Below, one piece after another: positions 37,613-47,383 of a DNA stretch of 64,000 nt (position 1 is the first letter of the stretch; every line of letters begins with the position of its first letter). The notes beneath the pieces were generated by a model that was not told the origin of the DNA, did not search any database, and was given only the letters and a program-made list of their open reading frames with translations. The stretch covers positions 1,024,001-1,088,000 of the forward strand of contig CAXXXD010000003.1 in assembly GCA_963663385.2 (NCBI GenBank), given 5' to 3'. This DNA is from Oceanispirochaeta sp. GTDB taxonomy: Bacteria > Spirochaetota > Spirochaetia > DSM-2461. A program made the position numbers and the translations under genes.

Positions 37613-39526
37613 TCAAGTTTTCAGCCACTCTTCCACCTGTCTGAAAGGGTACTGTTCCAGTACCCCGAAGGCATTGAGCTTTTTAAGTTTAAGCCTTGTA
37701 AAGAGAGGCGAGGTCAGTCCGCACAGAAACCGGGCAAGATTATTGGCATCCCCGTCCTCTTGTAATAAACTGAGAGCTTCTGCGGTTAATACGTTTTTAT
37801 CCAGGCTCTCCAGGTCTTCCCGATTATCTTCTCCGGTCATTACAACCGTCTCTCCGGAACAGAAACTGCAATGACCGCACTCATCTGTTGTCAGATCTTC
37901 CCCGAAATAGGCGGCCAGTCTGCGGCTGTAACAGGAATCCTCTTCAAAAAAACGGATCATATGATGAATCCGTGCAATTTCCGACTCTTCCTTATCTTTG
38001 AAAAGGGTATATAGAGCATCTCCCAGTATTTCAGGATCAAAATCCGGATCCAGTACAGTATAAACCTCGACAGCCTGACTGGCTGTCAGATCGATCCATT
38101 TCTTATCATCAAAGTAGTCAAGGGCTGCGAGGATTCTTTTTCTGTCTACCCTGTGTCCGTCAACAAGAGATTCCATATCAACAGTAGTCCATATCTTTTT
38201 TGATTGACAGTTCTGCAGTACCAGCCGGACAAATTCTTTTCTTTCCCCCCTGAACTGATCAATGATTGTCTGTTCATCCTGCAGGTATTTAAAACTGTAT
38301 TCTTCAAAATAACTGTATTTGGGGCTGATAACCTTTTTGATTGAGAGGTAGACAAGGAGTGTTTTCAATGGCAGGGGCCGGATATTTGTATCCCTGCCCA
38401 GGAAGGCGGCTTTAAACTCCCACAGGTTTCCAGCCTGTTTTATCTCCTTCAGGAGAAGAAACAGGGATTTTCTGGTCGGAGTATCGCCGTAGACAAAGTT
38501 CTCCAGGACGGATAGATTACTTTTGCAGGCGTATACTTCACAGATGGACGGTTTTCCATCGCGGCCGGCGCGGCCGATCTCCTGACTGTAATTTTCGATA
38601 GATTTAGGCAGATCGTAGTGGATAATTTTCCGTATATTCAGTTTGTCAATTCCCATACCAAAAGCAATGGTTGCAACAACACAGGGCATCTCTCCATTCA
38701 TAAACTTGTTTTGAGTCAGCACTCTTTCATCGCTTTTCATACCGCCATGGTAGGCTGAGGCTTTGATACCCCGTTCAGTAAGCCAGGATGCAACATCTTC
38801 CGCTCTTTTCTGGAGCGTTACGTAGACAATTGCCGGCTGTCCGGGATTTTCAGACAGATCCTGAAGCAGCTTTTTTTTCTTACGGTTTTCCTCTACAGGG
38901 CTTATCTTGAGATAGAGATTCGGCCGGTGGAATCCGGTGGTAACAACATTTTCCCTGCGTATTTGAAACTTTGCACACATATCGGCAGTTACTTTCTCTG
39001 TTGCGGTTGCCGTCAGAAGGAGAATCTTATCAATATTGAATTCCCGGCGGTAATCGGGGAGTCTGAGGTACTCGGGACGGAAGTTATGCCCCCATTCGGA
39101 TATACAGTGGGCTTCATCCACAACAAGCAGGGATATCTGTATCCTGTGCAGCTGGTTCCGGAAACGCTCGTTTTTGAAACGTTCCACTGAAATCATCAGA
39201 ATCTTAAGGTCCCCTGCAACGGAGGCTCTGACAATTTCATTATACTGTTCACCCGTAAGAGTTGAATCGAGTCTGGCGGCAGGAATATTATGACTATGCA
39301 GAAAATCAAGCTGGTCCTTCATCAGGGACAGGAGGGGGGATACCACCAGTGTCAGATGGGGCTGCATCATTGCAGGAAGCTGGTAACAGAGGGATTTTCC
39401 GGCTCCTGTAGGAAAGATGGCCGCTGTGGAATGGCCGTCAATTATCTTTTCAATTGCTTCCTGCTGCCCCCTGCGGAAGGAGTCAAAGCCGAAATGCTGT
39501 TTCAATGCACAAAGTAATTTACTCAT
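37613..39526 (-). CDS. recQ: RecQ-family ATP-dependent DNA helicase
   Basis: FGFDSFRRGQ, PTGAGKSLCYQLP, DEAHCISEWGHNFRP, TATA, AFGMGIDK, QEIGRAGRDG, CGHCSFC. Confidence 0.93.
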   Translation of the reverse strand: MSKLLCALKQHFGFDSFRRGQQEAIEKIIDGHSTAAIFPTGAGKSLCYQLPAMMQPHLTLVVSPLLSLMKDQLDFLHSHNIPAARLDSTLTGEQYNEIVRASVAGDLKILMISVERFKNERFRNQLHRIQISLLVVDEAHCISEWGHNFRPEYLRLPDYRREFNIDKILLLTATATEKVTADMCAKFQIRRENVVTTGFHRPNLYLKISPVEENRKKKKLLQDLSENPGQPAIVYVTLQKRAEDVASWLTERGIKASAYHGGMKSDERVLTQNKFMNGEMPCVVATIAFGMGIDKLNIRKIIHYDLPKSIENYSQEIGRAGRDGKPSICEVYACKSNLSVLENFVYGDTPTRKSLFLLLKEIKQAGNLWEFKAAFLGRDTNIRPLPLKTLLVYLSIKKVISPKYSYFEEYSFKYLQDEQTIIDQFRGERKEFVRLVLQNCQSKKIWTTVDMESLVDGHRVDRKRILAALDYFDDKKWIDLTASQAVEVYTVLDPDFDPEILGDALYTLFKDKEESEIARIHHMIRFFEEDSCYSRRLAAYFGEDLTTDECGHCSFCSGETVVMTGEDNREDLESLDKNVLTAEALSLLQEDGDANNLARFLCGLTSPLFTRLKLKKLNAFGVLEQYPFRQVEEWLKT

Positions 39527-39577
39527 AGGGTGATTGTATTACATAAAAACTATCAGGGAACAGGGGGATAGAACACC

Positions 39578-41617
39578 TTACTTTTCCAAAGTGCCGGTTA
39601 CCCGGTTTTTCCCCGCTTCTTTAGATAGATACATATTATTATCCGCTTTTCTGATAATGGCACCTAGATCGGAGTTCTTTGGTGGTATTGTGCTGTAGAG
39701 TCCTATACTGGCAGTTATATGTAAATCCTCTTTTTCAAGTGGAATGATCCTTTCTTCAATATTTTCTCTTATCTTTTCTGCCATCAGCCGGGCTTCCTTA
39801 TGTGTCATCCCCTGAAGGAAAACAAGAAACTCTTCACCTCCGTATCGGCCATAACCGTCAAGAGTTCTCTTAAGAAGCGTTTTAAAGATAAGGCCTATCT
39901 CTTTTAAGCAGATATCACCTGTTTCATGTCCCCAAGTATCATTAACGTATTTAAAATCATCCACATCAATAAGCATCACATGGAGGTAGGAGTTGCTGCG
40001 GCAGCACCAGTTACGACCCTGTTCCAGAATCTGAAGCAGGTGCCTTCTGTTGTATATACCGGTAAGATTATCAAACCGGTTTAAATGGAGCAGTTCTCTA
40101 TTATACGCCTTTATTGTATCTGTCTGTCGGCTGTTGTTTAAAGCTATAGTGGCGTAGGATGTAAGCATCTCCATAAAGTGCCAATCCTCATCATTAAAGG
40201 CATTTATTTTCCGGCTGTAGACGGCAACGACTCCTCTACGCTGTTCATACATACAGGGAAGGCATAACCCTGAAAAAACAGGAAACGGTAGATATGAGTT
40301 GTCCAGACTTTTGAAATAGGAGCTGTACTCCGTGGGAATATTGTTCAGCATCAGCCCGGTTTCATGTTGAATCACCCAGGATATAATACTTCCCGGATCT
40401 CCCGAATCTATTTCTACAGGTATTTCTTTCTTATTGTTCAGATTGTACATCCGGGCTTTGAGCTGACCTCCTCTTTCAGTCTGTTCACCAATAACACATA
40501 GATCTATCGTAAAAAGGGATGATAGAGATTCAACCAGTGTCTCCAGAATCTCCTTCCGTTCGAGAAAAGCGGTTAGTTTTTTTCCCATTTCACTAATGGT
40601 GGTCATACGCCGGTTCATCTCCATAAGACTCTTTTTTTCAAGGAGCCACACTTTTTCGACCAGCTCGGAAGATTTCAACTCATTGGAAAGATTATGGTAC
40701 GTTTTAAAATATCCGATTGCCTTATGAAAATTACCGTTTCTCTCACACAGTTCTGATAGAAGAAGGTACAGTTTTCTATGTTCGATGGACTTGGATTCGT
40801 TTATCAGTTCTTCGGCTTTCCACAATACTTCTTCTGCGGGGGAGTAATCTTTCTGTTTCATTAAAAAATCGCCCAGATTGATATAGATACTAAGTCTGAG
40901 TCTGTTATCGGGAGCGCAGTCGGCAAGGGCCGATTTAAGATTCTCTATCCCTTTCCTGAAATCCCCAAGTTGACCGTAGGTTAAACCGATTTCTTCAAGG
41001 ATGGCGATGTGAGCTTCCTTCCGTCCCTCTGTGACTGAAGAGGCAAGGGCTTTCTCAAAATATTCCAGGGCTTTTTCATTATCATTTAATGACCGGTGTG
41101 TGCATCCCAGATTGTTGAGAACGGAGGTTCTGTTTGACTGAGGAATAAGGGTATAAGCCTTTTCAAAAAAACGGAGGGCCTGGCTGAAGTGCTCTGTTTT
41201 AAACTGAAGAATACCCAGGTAGTTATAGGCTGTAAATTCAAGTTCCCTGAACTCGTGCCTTCTGCATTGATCAAGTGAAGTCTGGAGGTAGTAGAAGGCT
41301 CTTTTCATTTTTCCCAGACGAATAAAACACAGGGCCAGGGAATTCCCCGAACAGATGATTCCCCGGATATCATCTTTTATTTGAAGAAACAGTCTTCTGC
41401 CCTGTTTCAGTTGATCCAGGGCTTTGTCCGGATTCCCTTTTTCAATTTCTATAAGGCCTTTATTGATAAGAAACCACGCAATACCTCTGGTGTACTGTGC
41501 TTCTCTGGCAAGATTTCCGGCTTCTCTGCTTAAACGTTCTGTTCTGCCAAGATCCTTGTATATATTTTGAAAAGCTTCCCGATTCAGTGTGTCAATTTTT
41601 TTATAGGTAGTATTCAT
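39578..41617 (-). CDS. TPR-GAF-GGDEF diguanylate cyclase
   Basis: TPR repeats (YNYLG, LNNLG, YINLG), GAF-like segment, DNLTGIYNRR, DVDDFK, RYGGEEF. Confidence 0.88.
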   Translation of the reverse strand: MNTTYKKIDTLNREAFQNIYKDLGRTERLSREAGNLAREAQYTRGIAWFLINKGLIEIEKGNPDKALDQLKQGRRLFLQIKDDIRGIICSGNSLALCFIRLGKMKRAFYYLQTSLDQCRRHEFRELEFTAYNYLGILQFKTEHFSQALRFFEKAYTLIPQSNRTSVLNNLGCTHRSLNDNEKALEYFEKALASSVTEGRKEAHIAILEEIGLTYGQLGDFRKGIENLKSALADCAPDNRLRLSIYINLGDFLMKQKDYSPAEEVLWKAEELINESKSIEHRKLYLLLSELCERNGNFHKAIGYFKTYHNLSNELKSSELVEKVWLLEKKSLMEMNRRMTTISEMGKKLTAFLERKEILETLVESLSSLFTIDLCVIGEQTERGGQLKARMYNLNNKKEIPVEIDSGDPGSIISWVIQHETGLMLNNIPTEYSSYFKSLDNSYLPFPVFSGLCLPCMYEQRRGVVAVYSRKINAFNDEDWHFMEMLTSYATIALNNSRQTDTIKAYNRELLHLNRFDNLTGIYNRRHLLQILEQGRNWCCRSNSYLHVMLIDVDDFKYVNDTWGHETGDICLKEIGLIFKTLLKRTLDGYGRYGGEEFLVFLQGMTHKEARLMAEKIRENIEERIIPLEKEDLHITASIGLYSTIPPKNSDLGAIIRKADNNMYLSKEAGKNRVTGTLEK

Positions 41618-41697
41618 ATATTGTTTTGTCAGAATATAAACCAATTTATCCTTTTTTTACAGCACCGGACTGTCATATTCATGTTAATATTCTGATA

Positions 41698-41726
41698 TTG
41701 ACTCTATGGGAATAACTCAATAAAAT
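41698..41726 (+). promoter_or_regulatory. Sigma70-type promoter of ssrA
   Basis: TTGACT-N17-TAAAAT, 18 nt before the mature 5' end. Confidence 0.6.
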
Positions 41727-41744
41727 GGTTATACACTCCGCTAA

Positions 41745-42121
41745 GGGGGTGTCAAGGTTTCGACTGTTGGAGCCCGGGGTGTGGACTGCATGTGGAGCGT
41801 TACCTCCTTAAACTGTCTTTTTGATAAGTGCCAAAAAAGAAGATGAAGTTATCGTTTCTTTCGATAACTCCGCACTTGCAATCGCAGCTTAATTAATGCC
41901 GCGACGGTTACCGTACACGCTGTTCTGAGGGTACGGCTGACCGCCAGAAACCAGGACTTGCCTTTCCTTTAGTCCGAGACTGGGAGGGGACATTTTTTCG
42001 GAAGTAGGATGGTTCAGGGCTGTTTCTTTCCCTCGTCCCGTTCGAATTTTAATTAGAGACTAAACATGTAGACGTTCATGCAACGCCCATCAGGACGCGG
42101 GTTCGATTCCCGCCACCTCCA
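41745..42121 (+). ncRNA. ssrA: tmRNA; tag ORF 41830-41892 = AKKEDEVIVSFDNSALAIAA*
   Basis: 5' GGGGGTG..GGTTTCGAC pairs with 3' CACCTCC-A (G3:U alanine determinant), T-arm GCGGGTTCGATTCCCGC, AA-ending tag ORF, smpB 4 kb away. Confidence 0.95.
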
Positions 42122-42122
42122 T

Positions 42123-42162
42123 AAAAGGGATCATTCCAGTTAGCTGGCATGATCCTTTTTTT
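42123..42162 (+). terminator. Intrinsic terminator of ssrA
   Basis: AAAAGGGATCAT..CCAG/CTGG..ATGATCCTTTTTTT. Confidence 0.8.
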
Positions 42163-42169
42163 ATTGGGA

Positions 42170-42226
42170 AATCGAAGCGCAGGGGACAGCCGAGTCACAC
42201 AGCAAGACTCGACAGGATGTCGAGAC
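42170..42226 (+). repeat. Structured direct repeat, copy 1
   Basis: AATCGAAGCGCAGGGGACAGCCGAGTCACACAGC (42170-42203) matches 43980-44013 at 33/34 positions, followed by hairpin CTCGAC-AGGAT-GTCGAG. Confidence 0.8.
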
Positions 42227-42332
42227 ATGTTTTGAAGCCGGCTTGCAACGAATCATTACGATATCGCTGACTGGAAGGAATTCCCGCTACAGTCATCTCC
42301 TTCCAGAACAAACAAAATAAACGTCTGGGTGA

Positions 42333-43877
42333 TTAAAAAAACTCAACACGATTTCTACCGGCTTTTTTGGCTTTATATAAAGCTGTATCAGCTTGATGAA
42401 TCAGAGATTCAAGGCTGGTTTCTCCTTCGCCTGTATAGTTGCTTAATCCTATACTGACACTGATCTGAATTTTCTGCCCGTTGAATTCGATATCCTCATC
42501 AATAATGGATTTTCTGAATCTCTCTGCCGTAGAATACGCATCTTCCCGGGTTGAATGGTGAAGCATAATTAGAAACTCTTCGCCGCCATACCGTCCGAGA
42601 ATATCACCCTCTCTGAGTTTTTTAAGAAAGCATCCCGCTGCACGTTTAAGGGTTTCGTCGCCACAAGGATGTCCGTATTTGTCATTTATTTTTTTGAAAA
42701 AATCGAGATCAATCATAAGAAGTGACAACGGAAAGGCATTTCTTTTACTTCTGGCTATTTCCTGAGAACAGAGATTCATCAGATTTCTTCGGTTATTAAT
42801 CCCCGTCAGTTCATCTGTTGTGGCAATTTGATTCAGTTTTGCTATCAGAAGTTGTTCAGTCGTATTATCGTTGAGTATTACTATTTTACCAAGATTTTCT
42901 TTTGAAGAACCCAGTATCGGTGCCACTCGGCTTCTGTAATATTTTGTGTTTTGACCATTGCCCTTTTTGATGTCGCAACTATTTGTTGTTTTGCCGCATA
43001 TCTGGTTTCTTAACAAACTGTATTCAGCAAAAAGGCTGTCAGAACTTTCACCTATCGGTTTGCCGCTATGAAGGCCAAAAAAAATGCTTGCAGATTTATT
43101 CAAATCAACAAGTCTGTACTCATCATCAAACACAATCACGGGATCGCTCATTATGTCAAATATCCGGCTTCTGGCAATAGGGGTAAGGTCGAACATTTGA
43201 TACCGGAATATGGCAACAGCAAAGAGAATCCCTGAAGCTGAAAGGAATAGAGGTGTTAAATCAAGCCCGTAAGGACTTTTTCCTAAAGAATATAATATAT
43301 ATCCAATCCAGGGGATCAGTGATGCGGCAAATGCCATAATGGCCTGGTTCCTGTGTTTCCCGAACGACTTGAATATGAGTCTTCCGAACAGAATATTTCC
43401 TGCAGAAAGCATCAGATTTGTAAATATCATCTGAACAAAATACCAGACACCTCTATCGAAACGGATCAGTGTATAGGGACCGACAATTTCCACTCTTGGG
43501 TTAATATAGTAAAAATCATTATATTCAGCTGTCATAACGCAAATCTGGGATATTAATGGAATAATAAAAAAAGGGAGATAGTGTCTGATTTTTGTCAAAT
43601 TGATGTATCCGCTGTATGCTGCAGCTAAAAAAAACCAGAATGCCGGAATATATGGAATTGTCAGATATTGAACCCTGAGAGCCATCATTATTCCAGAAAG
43701 AGTGGTATTGTAGAGTTCAAGTGCATATCCCAGTGAATATCCGCAAACAGATATCATCATAAGAAAGAAAAAAACGGAACCTTTTAGATTCTTCTTTCTG
43801 ATAGCGATTATGGACAGATATAATGTAATCAATCCCGAAATGATGAGCATAAGGATTATGGAATATTTAGTATTCAT
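42333..43877 (-). CDS. 7TM (HisKA_7TM-like)-PAS-GGDEF diguanylate cyclase
   Basis: Hydrophobic N-terminus ending LDLTP..FRYQMFDLTP, PAS (DPVIVFD..N), DELTGINNRR, REGD-ILGRY-GGEEF. Confidence 0.9.
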   Translation of the reverse strand: MNTKYSIILMLIISGLITLYLSIIAIRKKNLKGSVFFFLMMISVCGYSLGYALELYNTTLSGIMMALRVQYLTIPYIPAFWFFLAAAYSGYINLTKIRHYLPFFIIPLISQICVMTAEYNDFYYINPRVEIVGPYTLIRFDRGVWYFVQMIFTNLMLSAGNILFGRLIFKSFGKHRNQAIMAFAASLIPWIGYILYSLGKSPYGLDLTPLFLSASGILFAVAIFRYQMFDLTPIARSRIFDIMSDPVIVFDDEYRLVDLNKSASIFFGLHSGKPIGESSDSLFAEYSLLRNQICGKTTNSCDIKKGNGQNTKYYRSRVAPILGSSKENLGKIVILNDNTTEQLLIAKLNQIATTDELTGINNRRNLMNLCSQEIARSKRNAFPLSLLMIDLDFFKKINDKYGHPCGDETLKRAAGCFLKKLREGDILGRYGGEEFLIMLHHSTREDAYSTAERFRKSIIDEDIEFNGQKIQISVSIGLSNYTGEGETSLESLIHQADTALYKAKKAGRNRVEFF

Positions 43878-43979
43878 GCTTACTCAATTATCGTATTTTT
43901 AATATAAAACCTGTACTTGAGATACAGAAAATATCATGAATTGGACTTGCTCCATAACAGAATCTATCTAAAATCCGGG

Positions 43980-44036
43980 AATCGAAGCGCAGGGGACAGC
44001 CGGGTCACACAGCGCACCCGGCATGGATATCGGGTT
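43980..44036 (+). repeat. Structured direct repeat, copy 2
   Basis: AATCGAAGCGCAGGGGACAGCCGGGTCACACAGC then GCACCCGGCATGGATATCGGGT. Confidence 0.8.
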
Positions 44037-44190
44037 AACGTGTAATTTTTCTTGAACATATCTTCAAACAAACCGCACATTAGCTTCACAAAGTTATTAA
44101 TATTCCTGTGTTTAAATATTAAACTGAAAATTCTGTTCAGAGATTTTTCTAAAAAAATTATGGAAAAAAGTATTTTTATTAGGATTAAAT

Positions 44191-46068
44191 GTGTCTGTAA
44201 ATAGGTTGACCGACATACTTGACAGGTCTGAAATCCAGGCCCTTCAAGATAGGTTTTCGGAAATAACCGGGGTAGCTTCGGTATTAACCGATATTAACGG
44301 TGTTCCCATAACCGAGTTCTCAGGATTCTGTAAACTCTGTACGGCCATACGGGAACATCCGGACGGAAAGGCATCCTGCCGTGAGATCAATGCCCGGTAT
44401 TGTACCGTGTTTACAGAAGACCCGGAGATAAACCATTGCCCCCAACTGGGGCTTTGGGAAGCCGGTGCAAAAATCTTTCTGGGGGATAACCATATCGGTA
44501 ACTGGATTGTAGGGCAGCTGCGACCGGACGAATTTGATTTGGGAAAAATCCTCCGCTATACAGAAAGCCTCGGTCTTGACAGAGGGTGGGTGCTCGACTC
44601 TCTGGAAGAGATTACTACCATGGACCGAATTGATTTTAAGATGATTCTGGAAATTCTGGAACTCTTCACAAATCAGCTATCCAGTCTGGCTTATCGGAAA
44701 CACCTGCTTAAAAGAGAAATGTCCGAGAAAAACATCCTCAGCCGTCAGCTGAACTATCTATCCTATTACGACCCTCTGACCGGGCTGATTAACAGAGAGA
44801 TTACACTTGACCGGGTACGGCATCTGATGGCTACAGTCAAGCGCACTCCCGGCAAATCCTTCTCTCTCCTGATGATCTCTCCTAAAGATTTGACACATCA
44901 GATGGAAGTGTATGGTAACAATGGGGTTCGTCAGATTGTTAAGTATACCTCAGATATAATTAAACAATCGGTTCGAATGATGGATACGGTCGGTCAATAC
45001 TCCATGGATGAGTTTCTTATCCTTCTGGAATCTTCCGAAACGGAAGAAGGTCATCCGGAACGGATCTATGACAGAATCCGGGATGCCTTGAACACAAGGT
45101 TCCTACTGGACGGGTCTCTATTGAAAATTCAGATTCATGGCGGAATGGTCGAGTGGAACAGTGATTCCGAAGAAAATGCTGATGAATTAATCCGCAAGTG
45201 CTATACCGCTCTGCAGGAAGCCAGGAAAAAAGATACGGAAAATCTGTTTTTCTACAGCGATGATCTGTATCAGTCCGTCAAGTTTGAAAATGAGCTGGAA
45301 AAAAACTTTGAACAGGCTCTGATAAATGAAGAGATTCTTCCCTACTATCAGCCTATTATAAGGATGGAAAAAGGAGAATCCTATATTTATGGATATGAAG
45401 TCCTGGCCCGCTGGAAACACCCGGAATATGGAGTATTATCTCCGGGATTGTTTATACCCCTGGCAGAAAAACATAATATCATGGGGGACTTGAGTGAATA
45501 CCTTATTCGTCATGCATCCCGTTTTATTAAGGACATTAATATTAGTCACTCCGACAGCCCGCTTTTTATTTCTGTAAATATTACGCCTGAGGAGTTTGTT
45601 CATAAAAACTTTATTAATAAGATTTCCCGTATTTTACAGGAAGAGGAGCTTCCGGGGAGTTGGATCAAACTTGAGATTACAGAAAATTCCGTATTGAAAG
45701 GCGGAGAGGAGAGCCTGGATAAAATTAAAGCCCTCAATGCTCTTGGAATCAGTCTGTCAATGGATGATTTCGGTACCGGATATTCCAACCTGTCCCTGCT
45801 TTGCAGGCTTCCTTTGAACAATATCAAACTGGATCAGTCCCTGATATCCATGTCCGAAGAGAACGAAAATTTTATACAGGCCATCATTAGTCTGGCAAGA
45901 AGTCTGGATATGGAGATTATTGCGGAAGGAGTCGAAAAGGAGTCCCAGATTGAAATTCTGAATCGAATGGGATGTCATATCCATCAGGGATTTTACTACG
46001 GTCACCCCATGGATGGCGAAACAGTAAAATCTGTCCGTTTTGCCAACAGCCCTGTCAGTTATATTTAA
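44191..46068 (+). CDS. PocR sensor - degenerate GGDEF - EAL phosphodiesterase
   Basis: PocR Cys pattern (FCKLC..C..CPQLG..GQ), SMDEF in place of GGDEF, YYQP..EVLARW, SVN, EITE, DDFGTGYS, AEGVE, QGF. Confidence 0.88.
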   Translation: MSVNRLTDILDRSEIQALQDRFSEITGVASVLTDINGVPITEFSGFCKLCTAIREHPDGKASCREINARYCTVFTEDPEINHCPQLGLWEAGAKIFLGDNHIGNWIVGQLRPDEFDLGKILRYTESLGLDRGWVLDSLEEITTMDRIDFKMILEILELFTNQLSSLAYRKHLLKREMSEKNILSRQLNYLSYYDPLTGLINREITLDRVRHLMATVKRTPGKSFSLLMISPKDLTHQMEVYGNNGVRQIVKYTSDIIKQSVRMMDTVGQYSMDEFLILLESSETEEGHPERIYDRIRDALNTRFLLDGSLLKIQIHGGMVEWNSDSEENADELIRKCYTALQEARKKDTENLFFYSDDLYQSVKFENELEKNFEQALINEEILPYYQPIIRMEKGESYIYGYEVLARWKHPEYGVLSPGLFIPLAEKHNIMGDLSEYLIRHASRFIKDINISHSDSPLFISVNITPEEFVHKNFINKISRILQEEELPGSWIKLEITENSVLKGGEESLDKIKALNALGISLSMDDFGTGYSNLSLLCRLPLNNIKLDQSLISMSEENENFIQAIISLARSLDMEIIAEGVEKESQIEILNRMGCHIHQGFYYGHPMDGETVKSVRFANSPVSYI

Positions 46069-46522
46069 AGTTCCTTTCGGCATCCCGTTTCAGATCCCGG
46101 TCTTTAATGCTATCTCTCTTATCGTACTGTTTCTTGCCTTTACAAACACCGACATCAACTTTTACGCGTCCGTTTACCAGGTAGAACTTAAGAGGAATCA
46201 GGGTAAAGCCTTTTTCCGATACTTTTCTTTCCAGTTTTTTGATTTCCTGTTTGTGAGCCAGAAGTTTTCTGACCCTGGCAGGATCATGATTGTGAATATT
46301 TCCGAAATCGTAGGGGGTGACATGAAGGTTCCGTATAAAGAGTTCATGGTCCCTTATTTCCACAAAGGAGTCGGGGAAAGAGAATTTGCCGGCTTTAAAG
46401 GACTTCACTTCAGTCCCTTTCAGGGCTATACCGCATTCCAGGTTTTCCGAGATTGTATAATTAAAACGGGCTTTCCGGTTTTCACCCAGCACGTTCGATG
46501 GTTTCTTCTTTTTCTTGGCCAT
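46055..46522 (-). CDS. smpB: SsrA-binding protein
   Basis: NRKARFNY, GIALKGTEVKS, RKLLAHK, GKKQYDKR. Confidence 0.97.
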   Translation of the reverse strand: MAKKKKKPSNVLGENRKARFNYTISENLECGIALKGTEVKSFKAGKFSFPDSFVEIRDHELFIRNLHVTPYDFGNIHNHDPARVRKLLAHKQEIKKLERKVSEKGFTLIPLKFYLVNGRVKVDVGVCKGKKQYDKRDSIKDRDLKRDAERNFKYN

Positions 46523-46652
46523 AAACAGGGATTATAGTAGAAAAGGCTGATTATGCCAATTATCAATTCTCATTACAGGAAAAAAACAGGAAAGGGGCTT
46601 GCACAGCTTTTAAAATCCGTCCATCTTAAGAATGAGGAATAGAGTTTGAATC

Positions 46653-47366
46653 ATGTATAGTACAAAAAGAACACGTTCGTATAAGGAACGGAAAGCGATA
46701 GCCGGCAGGAGGGCCCGCCGGATTGTTCTGATTATTTTTCTTTTTATTTTCTATCAATTCTTCAGTATTTATGTATCGACACCTATGAAGGTGGAAACAC
46801 GCAGTATGGAACCGACTCTCTTCTCTTCCGACAGGATCCTGTTTTCAAAGATTTACCAGGAAATAAGAGAAGTTCAGAGGGGCGATGTTCTGGTTGTACG
46901 GCCTCCCTATTACAGGGAAAATCAGCAGCTTCTCGATATTATCAATCCATTTGTCCGTTTTTTTACTTTTCAGAAAATTCAGTTCAGCGCCTATTCCCGG
47001 CAGGAATGGGAAACACCGTATATGATAAAAAGGGTTATCGGTCTACCGGGAGATACAATCCGTATTGAGAATTTCCGGGCATATGTCATCCCTTCTGATG
47101 GTTCGGGTATGTTTCAGGAATTCGATCTGATTACTGCAGCTTACTCCCTCAATGATCCCGATCTTCCCGGTGGCTGGGTAAAAGGCATGCCTCTGGATGG
47201 CTGCCTGGATTCGTTAACCCTTGCGGAAGGAGAGTATTTTGTTCTGGGAGATTCCCGCGGTATGGGTAATGATTCCCTTATCTGGGGAGCTTTGGATGAG
47301 GATCAGATAGTGGGAACGGTTCTTTTCAGGTATTTTCCTTTTTCCAGAATGGCTCCCTTTATCTGA
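46653..47366 (+). CDS. lepB: Signal peptidase I
   Basis: One TM, SMEPTL (Ser), IKRVIGLPGD (Lys), YFVLGD. Confidence 0.92.
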   Translation: MYSTKRTRSYKERKAIAGRRARRIVLIIFLFIFYQFFSIYVSTPMKVETRSMEPTLFSSDRILFSKIYQEIREVQRGDVLVVRPPYYRENQQLLDIINPFVRFFTFQKIQFSAYSRQEWETPYMIKRVIGLPGDTIRIENFRAYVIPSDGSGMFQEFDLITAAYSLNDPDLPGGWVKGMPLDGCLDSLTLAEGEYFVLGDSRGMGNDSLIWGALDEDQIVGTVLFRYFPFSRMAPFI

Positions 47367-47383
47367 TAGGGTATCTCAGTTTC

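Noticed and set aside
42090..42121. Stand-alone tRNA gene
   Set aside because: The T-arm and acceptor strand belong to the tmRNA; no anticodon arm and a tag ORF lies upstream
42170..44036. CRISPR array or integrase-bearing prophage/ICE at ssrA
   Set aside because: Only two repeats 1.8 kb apart, and no cas, integrase or phage genes in the window
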